A stretch of DNA of 64,000 nt, taken from positions 146,010,001-146,074,000 of the forward strand of contig OX597817.1 of assembly GCA_951406725.2 (NCBI GenBank), in the 5' to 3' direction. The notes below the pieces were generated by a model that saw only the letters and a program-made list of their open reading frames with translations, made no database searches and was not told the origin of the DNA. The stretch comes from Octopus vulgaris. Lineage: Eukaryota. Within the stretch, counting starts at the first letter, position 1, and the number at the start of each line of letters is the position of its first letter. The position numbers were made by a program, and so were the translations under genes. This document shows positions 53,256-64,000 of the stretch, in pieces.

Positions 53256-53631
53256 GCGGCAAGCTGGCAGAACCGTTAGCACGCCGGGCGAAATGCTTAG
53301 CGGTTTTTCATCTGTCGTTACTTTCTGAGCTCAAATTCTGTCGAGGTTGACTTTGCCTTATCCTTTCAGGGTCGATAAGTACCAGTTACGCACTGGAGTC
53401 GATGTAATCGACTTAATCCGTTTGTCTGTCCTTGTTTGTCCTCTCTGTGTTTAGCCCCTTGTGGGTAGTAAAGAAATAGGTATTTCATCTGCCGCTACTT
53501 TCTGAGTTCAGATTCCACTGAGATTGACTTAGCTTTTCATCCTTTCGAGGTCGATGTATTTGACTTAATCCCTTTGTCTGTCCTTGTTTGTCCCCTCTAT
53601 GTTTAGCCCCCTGTGGGCATTAAAGAAATAA
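53256..53631 (+). mobile_element. Family A SINE, duplicated body
   Basis: Head plus two bodies joined at aaagaaataggtatttc. A monomer lies at ~52250-52481. Confidence 0.85.
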
Positions 53632-54305
53632 ATATTTTTAACACCTTTAATTTTATTTTGAATATTCAAGCCTTTGATATATGTGTGACCTGATAACCTA
53701 AACTTGATAGCTATCACATCAAATTGATTTTGCAATGTTTGTCAATAATTGATTCCACTTTACTTGTGCGTTATGTAGTGTAATTAAACAAATCAAATGA
53801 TGCTTGTTGATATAAACCTGATTTTATATCTGACATTTATTCGTTATATTTTCTCGTTATCAAGGTTGACAATTAATGCTCAACTAGTTTAGTACTCAAA
53901 AACTGCATTAAAGTTATCTTTTATTTTCCATATCAACCACCATTCATATTTAGAAATAGCAGCCAAATCTCCTTCATCACGCTCTCACAGTGTAATATAA
54001 GGAAGGACACGTTAGATAAAATACTTCTAAAAGAACAAAAATGGCCACAAATAGATTATCTTTGATCAGAGATCTGTTCACTGAAGGTTTATCAATTACA
54101 TTAGTGTCATTCTTTTTGTCTTAGTATTTGTTGAACTCCTTTTTGTTGTTTCTTTTTTTTTTTTTTTTTTGTTTCCCTAAGTTTAATGAAGTCTTTTATC
54201 TGACTTACATCCATTTGAGAGGAAGACAATAAAATAAGTTATGTATTGTCTTAAAGCCCATGCACCAAATTTGTGGTCTTGTGTCTATGATAGAAATCAT
54301 TATTC

Positions 54306-54715
54306 AGATCTTTTCGGTTTGAACGGCAGTTTTTAACATAATTTCTAGGTAACTAAAAAATTTTAAACTTTGTATACTGGTAGAATGTGTTTATAAAACA
54401 TCTTTTTCTCTTGGCTTTATTGAGAAAATTCTATAGTTTGTAAGATATTTGTTGTTTTTTTTCTTCAATTTCTGCAATTTCAACCAATGAATGACGTCTA
54501 TATAGGTAAAAAAAAAACATTCTGTGCCGTATGAATATGTCCCTCGTTTAAGAAACAGATTGGGTTTATTTACATTTGTGAAGAAAAAAAGATACCCTTC
54601 CCCCTAACCCTAACACAGATTGAAATGCAATAGATCGATACTAGGGTCATAATCATGGGTGACAATTTCATATGACACTGCTAGAAAAAACTGCCTGTTC
54701 AATCCGAAAAGATCC
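54306..54715. mobile_element. MITE with 8-bp TSD (Merlin-like GG termini)
   Basis: TIR (G/A)GATCTTTTCGGTTTGAACGGCAGTTTTT versus AAAAACTGCCTGTTCAATCCGAAAAGATCC; exact TSD cattattc on both sides. Confidence 0.8.
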
Positions 54716-55129
54716 CATTATTCTTATTAAAACCCTAGATGGCAGAATCGGTAAAACATTGGACAAAATGCTATGAAGTTAAGGTTGATTTTTGCCTTTC
54801 CTTCTTTTGTAGTCAATAATCTAATTATTTTAGGTGGCAAGCTGGCAGAATCATTAGCACATCAGATGAAATGCTTAGGGGCATTCTGGCTCTCTACATT
54901 CTGAGTTCAAATCCTGCTCGTAAACTGTCTTTCATTTTTTTAAATCTATCTAGGTCATCCCTTTTTTTTTTTTTTAAGGTCAATAAAGTACTAGTCAAGT
55001 GCTGGGGCCAATATAATTGACCAACCCATCCCACTAAAATTGCATACCTTGTACCAAAATTTGAACATTATGATTATTATTAGTAGTAGTAGTAATTGTA
55101 GTAGTCGTAGTCGTCGTCATCGTCTTTAA

Positions 55130-55350
55130 CCCTTTAGCATTTAAACCGGCTATATCCAGCCAAAAGTATTCTGCCTATTTTATGTTCAAACTGGCCATAT
55201 CTGGTCTCTCACACCAGCCCTACAATATCGTTTTAAAAATTAACAGCTACCTCATCAAAATCTCATAGCTACAAGATAATGCATGATTAGTTCAAAACAA
55301 AGTGGATGAAAAAGCATTAATTTTGGCAGAATAATGCAAACACTAAAGGG
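55130..55350. mobile_element. piggyBac-type MITE, family P2
   Basis: TTAA|CCCTTTAG...CTAAAGGG|TTAA, 221 bp. Confidence 0.88.
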
Positions 55351-56033
55351 TTAAATTTGGTCAGAAAACTATTCTGTAAAATATCTGGATCTCGCTCACA
55401 TTTTGAGTGAAAAGGTTGGTCATTTCCAAGCTTTTTTAAACCTGAATTTCTGTGTTTACATTCAGCCTAAAAATGGCTACCACTCAACAGAGAGATAATG
55501 CCCACCATAAAATTCAATTGAATATAGCAGCACATAAACCAGCTAGAAAAACAGAAAGCTAATTTAATTGCACAGCAAAATGTAAACATTTTACAAGGAG
55601 GAAAAAAAAAATTATTTTTTGGCAGAAAACACAAATATTGAAGTAGACATTCATAACAACAATGCACTCATGCAAATGCTTTCTTTATCCAGCAGCAATA
55701 ACACACGTGCACACATTTTGCCAAGTGAGTGATTGAGTGAAGAGTTTGAATTGAATAACAAAAGTGTTTTCAGCCTTCTTTCTTCCACTAGAGCTTGTTC
55801 GAGCAAACAGGCCCTAGATACCACTTATCTGCCAGAGAAAAACTCTACTGGGCAGAGCTGTGTAACAAAGGAAAGTGCATCAATACCTCTATCCTCTATC
55901 AAACAGTGAAGAAGAAAATATATCTCTGGGCTTTTCTCATGCTACCAAAATTGCAGTTGTAGACAACCCTTGCTGATATATAGAATGACATCATCTCTAT
56001 TGGTCAAGAAAGAAACTGTGGAAATACTTTTAA

Positions 56034-56253
56034 CCCTTTCATTACCAACCTAGCTGAAACCGGCTCTGGCTCTGAGTGCAAATGTTTAGTTTTCATAAGA
56101 TTTGAATTAAAATCTTCCACCAAACCTTAGTCACAATTTATGTTCCTAACACTAGCTTAATGATAATTAAGTTATTTTACTAAATTCTCTGTTATATTTA
56201 AAGTAATTAAAAGAAATACAGAGCATCTCAAAATAAATACAGTAACGAAAGGG
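56034..56253. mobile_element. piggyBac-type MITE, family P1
   Basis: TTAA|CCCTTTCATTAC...GTAACGAAAGGG|TTAA. Confidence 0.88.
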
Positions 56254-56744
56254 TTAATATTCAAAACAGAACAAGACAAAATAAAAGTATGTTACACTTC
56301 TACCCAGAAACTCATTTTATAATATATGGTGTCATGCAACACATGAATTACAGTAAAAGAAAAATATTAGTGATAACATGAACTTTTTAGTTAATTATCT
56401 CTTTTGTGACATAGCATGGGCAGGTGGTAAGCACCAAAGTAACCAAAAATGATATGTAGTTGGGTGAAGTCTATTTGGATGTAGAAGTCCTGATGACCGT
56501 AAAGTTATGATAGTGAATCTATGGTATTTATGTTGGTAGCGACACTGCATGTTTTTGTATGGCATGCAGTGGACTTTGGTAGAACTTTCTCCACAGTATC
56601 ATGTTATAAAATTTTAAAATATTTTAGTTTTAAACAACTATATTTTTCAATGATACCTAATGATACAGAGCTTTGCGCTACAAATTCATGAATTAACAAT
56701 ATCTTGCTGGTCACTCATACTGACTGGTCAAGTGCATGATTTTG

Positions 56745-56990
56745 TTACCTCTGCCTTAGCGAAGGCGGAGGTATTGTTTTCGGTCATGTTTGTTTGTCTG
56801 TGGACAAGATATCTCAAGAACCGCTGGATGGATTCAGATGAAACTCTCAGGGATGTTTGGCCTCGTGACTGGCACAAACTGATTAGATTTTGGGATCGAT
56901 CCAGTACCAGTCAAGGATTCTGGATTATTTTTCCTGTTTTTTTTTTTTACTTAATTTTTGATAGTGGTCAGGTTCATTTGTGAGAGCAGT
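56745..56990 (+). mobile_element. Helentron-associated (HINE/DINE-1-like) element
   Basis: TT-ACCTCTGCCTT agcg AAGGCGGAGGT 5' hairpin followed by gtttgtttgtctgt microsatellite, the architecture of HINE/pearl-like elements. Confidence 0.6.
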
Positions 56991-57157
56991 CTCACGTTTT
57001 CCCTCTCCTCATACACATAAACTGAGAGGGGTTAAGGGAGGGGGAAGGAAGAAAATGAGAGTAGTACCAAAATGTCTCATATTCCAATCAATGAACTTAT
57101 TTAAATTTTTGGCAGGACCTTCTATTTAGTAGATGCAAGTATTAATATTTTATGCAC

Positions 57158-57480
57158 AGGTGCAGGAGTGGCTGTGTGGTAAGTAGCTTGCTTACCAACC
57201 ACATGGTTCCAGGTTCAGTCCCACTGCGTGGCACCTTGGGCAAATGTCTTCTACTATAGCTTCAGGCCGACCAAAGCCTTGTGAGTGGATTTGGTAGATG
57301 GAAACTGAAAGAAGCCCATCGTGTATATGTATATATGTGTGTCTGTGTTTGTCTTCCCCCCAACATCGCTTGACAACCGATGCTGGTGTGTTTACGTCCT
57401 GGGTCGATTTGCTCGAATAAAAGGCGGTGCTCCAGCATGACCGCAGTCAAATGACTGAAACAAGTAAAAAAGTATAAGAG
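57158..57480 (+). mobile_element. Family B SINE with a 78-bp flanking direct repeat
   Basis: 57080-57157 and 57481-57558 match at 74 of 78 positions. Confidence 0.88.
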
Positions 57481-58456
57481 TATTCCAATCAATGAACTTG
57501 TTTAAATTTTTGGCAGGACCTTCCATTTAGTAGATGCAAGTATTAGTATTCTATGCACTATTGTTGATCAAAGAAAATCTATAAATGATGGTGAGTTTAT
57601 TAACCGCCACAGCCTGTTACTGGAACTGGCTGGTAACACCACATAAATATCCTCAAAACCATGTCAAAGATGCAGAATAAAATATTTTCTCAAATTAGGA
57701 AAATGTACCACCAGTGATGCATATGGCACTTGTGTGAAGTTAGCAATGAACCACCAGTCATTCATGTGGTTAAAGATGTTTTTATTAAAAGTGCACCATT
57801 TTTTTATTTGAGTTAGGGAGTAACACTTCTTCATACAGCTGTTTTCATCCATATGTAACACATGACCATACCTGCACAGCTGTCTCTCTTACACACCACA
57901 TTTGATGCTTCTTATGTCCAATTTTTCTCTCAGAGTTCTTACACTCCGTCATGTATGCACACTGACATTACACCTGCAGCCTTATCATTATTATCATCAT
58001 CATCATGGCTAGCTGACACAATTGTTAGCACACCAGACAAAATGCTTAGTGGCATTTCTTCTGATTTTTTACATCTTGAGTTCAAATTCTGCCAGGGGCA
58101 TCTTTACTTTTCATCTTTTCAGGTTAAGTACCAGTTGAACACTATAGTCGGTGTAATTGGCCTAACCCCTTCTCCAAAAATTTCAGGCCTTCTGCTCATA
58201 GTTAAAAGAATTATTATTATTTGTCTTGACAACACCAATGATGTTTTCATGGCTTTTGTATCCATGAGGCATTGATTAAATTCGAGAATTTGCCTCAACA
58301 TTTAATAAACTTGTGTTTCTCTGCTTGTATAAAAACAAACATATTTCATGGCCAGAATCCACAAGTTTACACTTACCACATATTACAGGAAAGGATAAAT
58401 GTTGTCCAGTACTGTTTTCATCACAATATTTTGTGAGGACACATGTTTATCAAGAA

Positions 58457-58844
58457 CTAGCAGTATCGCCCGGCGTTGCTCGGGTTTGTAAGGGAAATAA
58501 CTATATAAGCATTTTTAGAGAGTTATAGCCGAAAAAATGCATTAAAAATGGGAAAAAAATTAAGGTAAATTTTTTTTTTTAATCGTTGACACATCGTAGA
58601 TATTTTTAGAGAGTTACTTCCCTTATATAATAGCGAAAAAATGCATTAAAATGGAAAAATATGATGGTAAATTCTTTTTAAATCGTAGACTCATCGTAGA
58701 CGCGCGCTAATACCCAGAAGGGCTCGATATGAATCACGACTATAAGATACCCGCTTTTGGTTAAACTGCACCGCAAAATGTGGGAGTAGTTACAAATCTA
58801 AATCGTAGGAGACAGACACACAACTTCACTTTTATATATAAAGA
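58457..58844 (-). mobile_element. Non-autonomous Helitron
   Basis: 3' end identical to that of 21429-21816; 5' end A|TCTTTATATATAAAAG. Confidence 0.8.
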
Positions 58845-58993
58845 TATAAGCCATGTAGTTATATACACATACTTTGTTATATACACATTCTTAAAAGAAA
58901 ATGTTATTTTGAACACAACATTTATAAAGAATAAAATATTTTTTGGTTTTTCTTTTAAACGGATGCATACATTTATTAATAACTATATATAAG

Positions 58994-59992
58994 TGTCGTC
59001 TGTTTATACATAAACACTGTTTCATACTGCAAGCTCGGCTCGCCAATTAATACTACCAAAATTTAACGACAGAAAGTAAATTAAAAACCAATTTACCTTT
59101 TCTGTATTGTTATGGCAATCCGACCGTCGGTGTGTTTTTGCAAATGTGTTCGAATGAGAAGTGAGTTGTGTTTGGCGCCTTTTTTACTAATAATTATTTT
59201 TTACTAATAATTGTATGTAGTTGTTTGAAACGTTTGTGTTTGTCACTGTCATATATGTATGTGCATGCGTGTGTGTGAGGAATGGCAAACCAGATAGATA
59301 GCGCGCGAATTTCTTTTGAAGTGTGTGTGTGTGCGTGCTTTAGGTGTACGTAGGTATGTGTACTCTCTCTGTCTCTTTACACACACTAACAAAAGCACTT
59401 CACTTACACACCACACTTTCTGTGTCGCACATCCCATCAAACACACACACACACACATGCACACACATGTACATCAATGCTTTCGGAGTGAAATGTTAAA
59501 ATATTGAGTTTTCTCGAATTTTGTCTTAATTGGGGGTGAAATTGAAAGAAATTTTGTATGGCATGACCGAATGGAAGTACTTTGAAAAATCATAGGTAAA
59601 CTCTAATTGAAGAAATTGTGTGAGGAGTAAATCGTTATGTATTTATCTGTTTCTGTTTGCTGTGTTTTTTTTTTTTTAATAGTGGTTTAAGGTACACTTG
59701 CAAAGAGAAAGTGAGAGAAATTAGGGTGATAGCGTGAGTGAAACAGATCGCTCCGTTTTTGTGTGTGTGCTGTAGCCCACACTAAGAAAAGCACTTCACT
59801 TACACACCACAATGTGAGTTTTCTCTAAATTTTGCTTAATTGGGGTTGAAATTTTAAAAACCGGACCTGGCACGACCCGATGCATTCTACTCTTAAAAAT
59901 GCTAGGTAAATTGTAATTGAAGAAATCCTATATTGTAGATTTCTATAAGAGACAAAGGGAGGCAGATAAAATCTGCCTTTTATAATAAGAGA
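58994..59992 (-). mobile_element. Helitron-like element, 5' part (relative at ~20341-21200, +)
   Basis: A|TCTCTTATTATAAAAGGCAGAT 5' end shared with 20341; internally duplicated block tttacctatgattttt...ccccaattaag; no 3' CTAG end found. Confidence 0.55.
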
Positions 59993-60005
59993 TTAAAGAC
60001 AGTAA

Positions 60006-60240
60006 GGCGACGAGCTGACAGAAACGTTAGCACGCCAGGCGAAATGCTTAGCAGTATTTCATCTGCTGCTACGTTCTGAGTTCAAATTCTGCCGAGGTCG
60101 ACTTTGCCTTTCATCCTTTCGGGGTCGATAGATTAAGTACCAGTTATGCACTGGAGTCGATGTAATCGACTTAATCCCTTTGTCTGTCCTTGTTTGTCCC
60201 CTCTGTGTGTAGCCCCTTGTGGGCAGTAAAGAAATAAGAA
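60006..60240 (+). mobile_element. Family A SINE
   Basis: Full-length copy. Confidence 0.85.
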
Positions 60241-60643
60241 TTACAGACACTGAGATTTATGAAAACGCACAGTGTACTGGTTTTGCGAAGAACATGAATG
60301 TCACAAATATTTACTTGTATTGCATGTGTGTGTGTGAACATTATCATCATCATTTTTGACATTCACTTTTCCAAACTTGCATGGCTCAGATGGAATTTGT
60401 TGATGCAATTTTTTTCTGTGTGTGTGTGTGTGTGTGTGAAGGTTTTTGACTAATTAGGAAATTATACACTGAAAAAGCAAAATACATTACCTTTTATGTT
60501 CCAGTTTGATCCATTTCTTGCATTTTTTAAGTTTATGAAGAAATAAAATAATAATTTGTTCTGAGGAGAGTCATTCTCTTTTAGTGCCTTATTATTTAAC
60601 ACACTCACCAATAAAGTTTCCACTCATTTACTTAATTATTTTT

Positions 60644-60680
60644 CTAAAATTTTCATTGCATCTTGCAACCTTTTCAATAG
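60644..60680 (-). ncRNA. Minimal hammerhead-like motif with U3-A8 compensatory core
   Basis: Minus strand: CTA-TTGAAAA-G-GTTGCA AGA TGCAAT-GAAA-AT-TT-TAG, next to a collapsed fold-back centre ttttcaat-agtc-attgaaaa. Confidence 0.35.
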
Positions 60681-60785
60681 TCATTGAAAAACAAATAATA
60701 CTAATGTTTAAAAAAAGAGGAAGAACATGAAAGAAATATAAGTAAAACAAAAAAATAAAATTGATTGATTTATTCTTGATTTCAG

Positions 60786-61003
60786 TGTAATCCATCCTGT
60801 GAAAATGGTGTTTGGTTTTGTGGCTATTGCTGCTGCTTTCGGAGGGTTTGTGTTCTGTACCAATAACCAGTGGAAAAGCCGCAAGTTCAAGAGAGACCAT
60901 CCAATCATCAGTGTGTTGATAGTACTTGGTGCTGGCTACCTTCTTGTCTACATGCTGGGCGCTGTAATAGTCTTCTTACTTGGGGTTGCCTTTCCTTTAA
61001 TGT
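60786..61003 (+). CDS. PRAF3: PRA1 family protein (PRAF3/ARL6IP5-like), coding exon 2 (218 nt)
   Basis: Acceptor ttcttgatttcAG| at 60785 and donor T|GTAAGT at 61004. It joins exon 1 in frame (GG+T=Gly) and reads VIHPVKMVFGFVAIAAAFGGFVF...RKFKRDHP...GAVIVFLLGVAFPLM, collinear with the hydrophobic middle of ARL6IP5 as recalled. The C-terminal exon (HASLRLRN motif) is not in the window. Confidence 0.93.
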
Positions 61004-61150
61004 GTAAGTAATTATATTCCTTTTCGTGATTTCTGATATTAGAAGCCTGATTCTTATAAAGTGTTTTGATCTAAGAATAGGTTGGGATGGTTAATGACCT
61101 CCAGCGGAATGGATGGCGCCTGACTGATGTGTAATCTTAATAGACTACAT

Positions 61151-61645
61151 CAGTGGTTCTCAACCTTTTTTTTTTTTTACCAATGGACCCCTTTGGTTCT
61201 TGCTTTACTCTACTGGACCTCAAGAGCCATTCAATGTATATTAAAAGAATCCTCCTGTATTTCTGTGATAAAATATTATTAGGAATTGAATAGAAAATTT
61301 AAATATTTTGTGTATTGTAGAAGCATAAGCTATTCATTGCACATTAAGGCGGCGAGCTGGCAGAAATGCTAGCACGCCGGGCAAAGTGCTTAACGGTATT
61401 TTGTCTGCTACTACGTTCTGAGTTCAAATTCCGCCAAGGTCGACTTTGCCTTTCATCCTTTCGGGGTCGATTAAATAAGTACCAGTTATGCACTGGGGTT
61501 GATGTAATCGACTTAATCTCTTTGTCTGTCCTTGTTTAGCCCCTTGTGGGCAATAAAGAAATAGCTATTCATTGCGCATAAATTTTAACAACAAAATCTT
61601 ATGTGGATTACCAAGGGTCATATGTATTTCGGTTGATGACTACTG
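61151..61645. mobile_element. hAT-type MITE
   Basis: CAGTGGTTCTCAACC...GGTTGATGACTACTG termini; 8-bp TSD gactacat/cactacat. Confidence 0.78.
61348..61562 (+). mobile_element. Family A SINE nested in a hAT MITE
   Basis: Full-length copy with TSD agctattcattgc(a/g)cat. Confidence 0.85.
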
Positions 61646-63267
61646 CACTACATGAAGACAAAGCATTAACTACCAATTCAACAGTTCTGTAGAGATTACA
61701 TTATTTGTTTTACTTCAACCAGTATTATCACAAAATGTGTGAATTATATTCTACTTTGAGCAATAACACCTTATAAGGTAAAATAATATTTACTCAACAA
61801 GATTCTGAGACAGTTAGGTCACTATTGGCCTTTACAAAGATAGCGACGAGGAATTTTTGGTTTTCAGTTTTTATTCTTAAAAGTTCTGCTTGCATCATTA
61901 TCACTACCACCACCATCATCATCATCATCATCATTATCATGACGTCACTTGTGGATTCTTTGCTGGTATGAGTTGGATGGTTTCCTTAGCTAGATGCTCT
62001 TCCTGACACCGAACACTTTACAGCATGTACTGAGTGCTCTTTATGTGGCAAGTGAGGCTGCCATGTCGTGGCACTCTGTCAGTAATGACGGCAGGGGTTC
62101 CAGTTGATTAATGTAGTTCATGGGGAGATTCAGCATGACACAGTGTGTGACAAGGCTGGCCCTTTGAAATACAGTTACAAGAGAAACAGGAAGAAAGAGT
62201 GAGAGAAAGTTGTGGTGAAAGAATGCAACAAGGTCCGCCACCACTCCCTGCCAGAGCCTCGTGGAGCTTTAGGTGTTTTCACTCAATAAACATTCATAAC
62301 ACCCGGTCTGGGAATCAAAACTGCAATCCTACGACTGTGAGTCCATTGCCCTGACCACTGGGCCATTGCACCTCCATTAGGTTACCATGTAACTCACAAG
62401 ACTAAAGAGCACCCTCAACTGAGAGGGGAGTATAGTAGGGAGGGCAGTGGCTTTAATCAAGGTTTAATCCTTTAATCTTAAGATTATTCTTTTAAATGTA
62501 ATTCTAATTCTTTCACATTATTTTGAATTAGTTATGCAACATCTCATACTTTTGAGATTTTAATGGTATGAGGTTCATTTTGAGAATGACATTGTAGGGT
62601 AGGTGTGAGAGGCTGAATGTTGCTAGTTTGAACATGAAACATGAAGAACATTTGAGCAAGATATGGTTGGTTTAAATGTTAAAGGTTTAAGTATGATAGA
62701 AAGGTCAGGAACAAGGTTTGTTGTTGTAAAAGAGGTACCTGCTTACTCCTACATTATGTCAGGGTGAGTGGAAGTAACATGGGGTGGAGATGGTGGTGAC
62801 AAGGTGAAAGATAAATAGATACCATGTCAATTCTCAGGATTCTAAGAAAGATTTTCTTCAGTTTCAACTCTTAAGGAATTGTGAAAAATATTCCAAAAGA
62901 ATTATTTTTCTCAATACTTCCCAATCTATAGTTTATTATATTCAAAACCAAAATTCATGGAAGATCATCATCATCAACATCATTGTCTTCATTTAACATC
63001 GGTTTTCCATACTTGCATGAGTTGGACAATCTGACAGGAGCTGCCCAGGTTTCAGTTGTCTCTGTTTTGGCATGGTTTCTATGGCTGGATACCCTGCCTA
63101 ACGCCAGCCACTTTACAGAGTGTACTAGGTGCCTTATACACGGGCCCCAGTACAGTTACCCTACACGTGGCACTGGCACAGGTTCCCTAATTGGCACGTG
63201 TGCTAGTTTTTTATGGAACGCTAAAATGCTGAAGGGAAAACTTTACAATATCTTGTTCTGGAGTATG

Positions 63268-63568
63268 TTGTTGTTTGTTCCTTCTTGAGCCATGTCTGGC
63301 TCATAAGGGTCGGTTTCCAGTTTCATTGGATTATAGGTTCCCCACCTGGACAGAGCGCCAGTCTGTCACAGGTGAGCTGCTAGATGCAGGAGGCAAGAGT
63401 GAGAGAAAGTTGTGGCAAAAGAGTCAGCAGAAGTTCACCATTACCCTCTGTCAGAGCCACGTGGAGCTTAGGTGTTTCACTCATAAACACACATTACCCG
63501 GTCTGAGATTCGAACCCGTAATCCCTCAAATGCAAGTCTGCTGCTGTAACCACTAGGCCATATGCCTT
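63268..63568 (-). mobile_element. tRNA-derived SINE, family E
   Basis: Minus strand TGGCCTAGTGGTTA...GGGTTCGAATCTC head and (AAC)n tail; related copy at ~62068-62376 (-). Confidence 0.75.
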
Positions 63569-64000
63569 GTTCTGGAGTCTACTAGGATTAATATGTTATT
63601 TTGTAAAAGATTTTTATTGAAAATATATTTTGCTGTAAAATTATTCTCTGGCCTAGTTTTATTTCCAAATTCATGGCTATCAAAACTCCCCATTTTTACT
63701 TCTATAATTCTGAGGATATGCAAAACCATTGCTGCAATTATTACTACCAACAGAATACTTCAAATTTTCTATTTCAACTAGTGTACATTGCTGTACATTT
63801 ATTTTCTGATTCTCTTGTCAATACTACAGCTCGTATGGCAAAGTATATACTTTGTTGATAAGGTCATAATAAGTCTGAAGCCTGTCCGACATTGTCTCCC
63901 ATTCTTGTCAGCATTATTAAAATAATATTAGACACAACTAAAGCAGCTTCTCTCCCTCACCACAGCATTATTTCCTGTTAGCTTTTTAGTGTTCTCTGCA

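Larger units (their letters stand above)
1120..60785 (+). other. Intron 1 of the PRAF3-like gene, 59,666 bp, GT-AG, phase 2
   Basis: Bounded by the donor and acceptor above; no intervening PRA1-like coding sequence is needed to keep the alignment. Confidence 0.88.

Noticed and set aside
54600-54615. Telomere-like CCCTAACCCTAAC
   Set aside because: Only two units and internal to a MITE; not an interstitial telomeric array.
61004-64000. Third coding exon of the PRAF3-like gene
   Set aside because: No HASLRLRN-like reading frame after an acceptor was found; the exon must lie downstream of the window.

Overview
AT-rich, repeat-dense animal genomic DNA. The SINE repertoire points to an octopus genome (inference, not confirmed by a search). 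The window holds the first two coding exons of one + strand gene for a PRA1-family membrane protein (PRAF3/ARL6IP5/JWA-like): exon 1 CDS 938-1119 and exon 2 60786-61003, joined in frame across a 59,666-bp GT-AG intron; the last exon lies beyond the window. Almost all other ORFs in the track are translations of repeats. The intron carries several tRNA-derived SINE families, 3' tails of an RTE-type LINE, piggyBac/hAT/Merlin/Tc1-mariner MITEs and non-autonomous Helitrons, often nested. The most notable signal is a set of sequence-diverse fold-back elements, mostly beside (TA)n runs, each carrying a type I hammerhead-ribozyme motif: an intact core on the sense strand at 47227-47281, one with a very long stem II at 11076-11197, and core variants at 18379-18422, 50257-50292 and 60644-60680. 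They resemble non-autonomous Penelope-like or retrozyme-like elements. Repeat boundaries were read by eye and are approximate unless a TSD or TIR is given.
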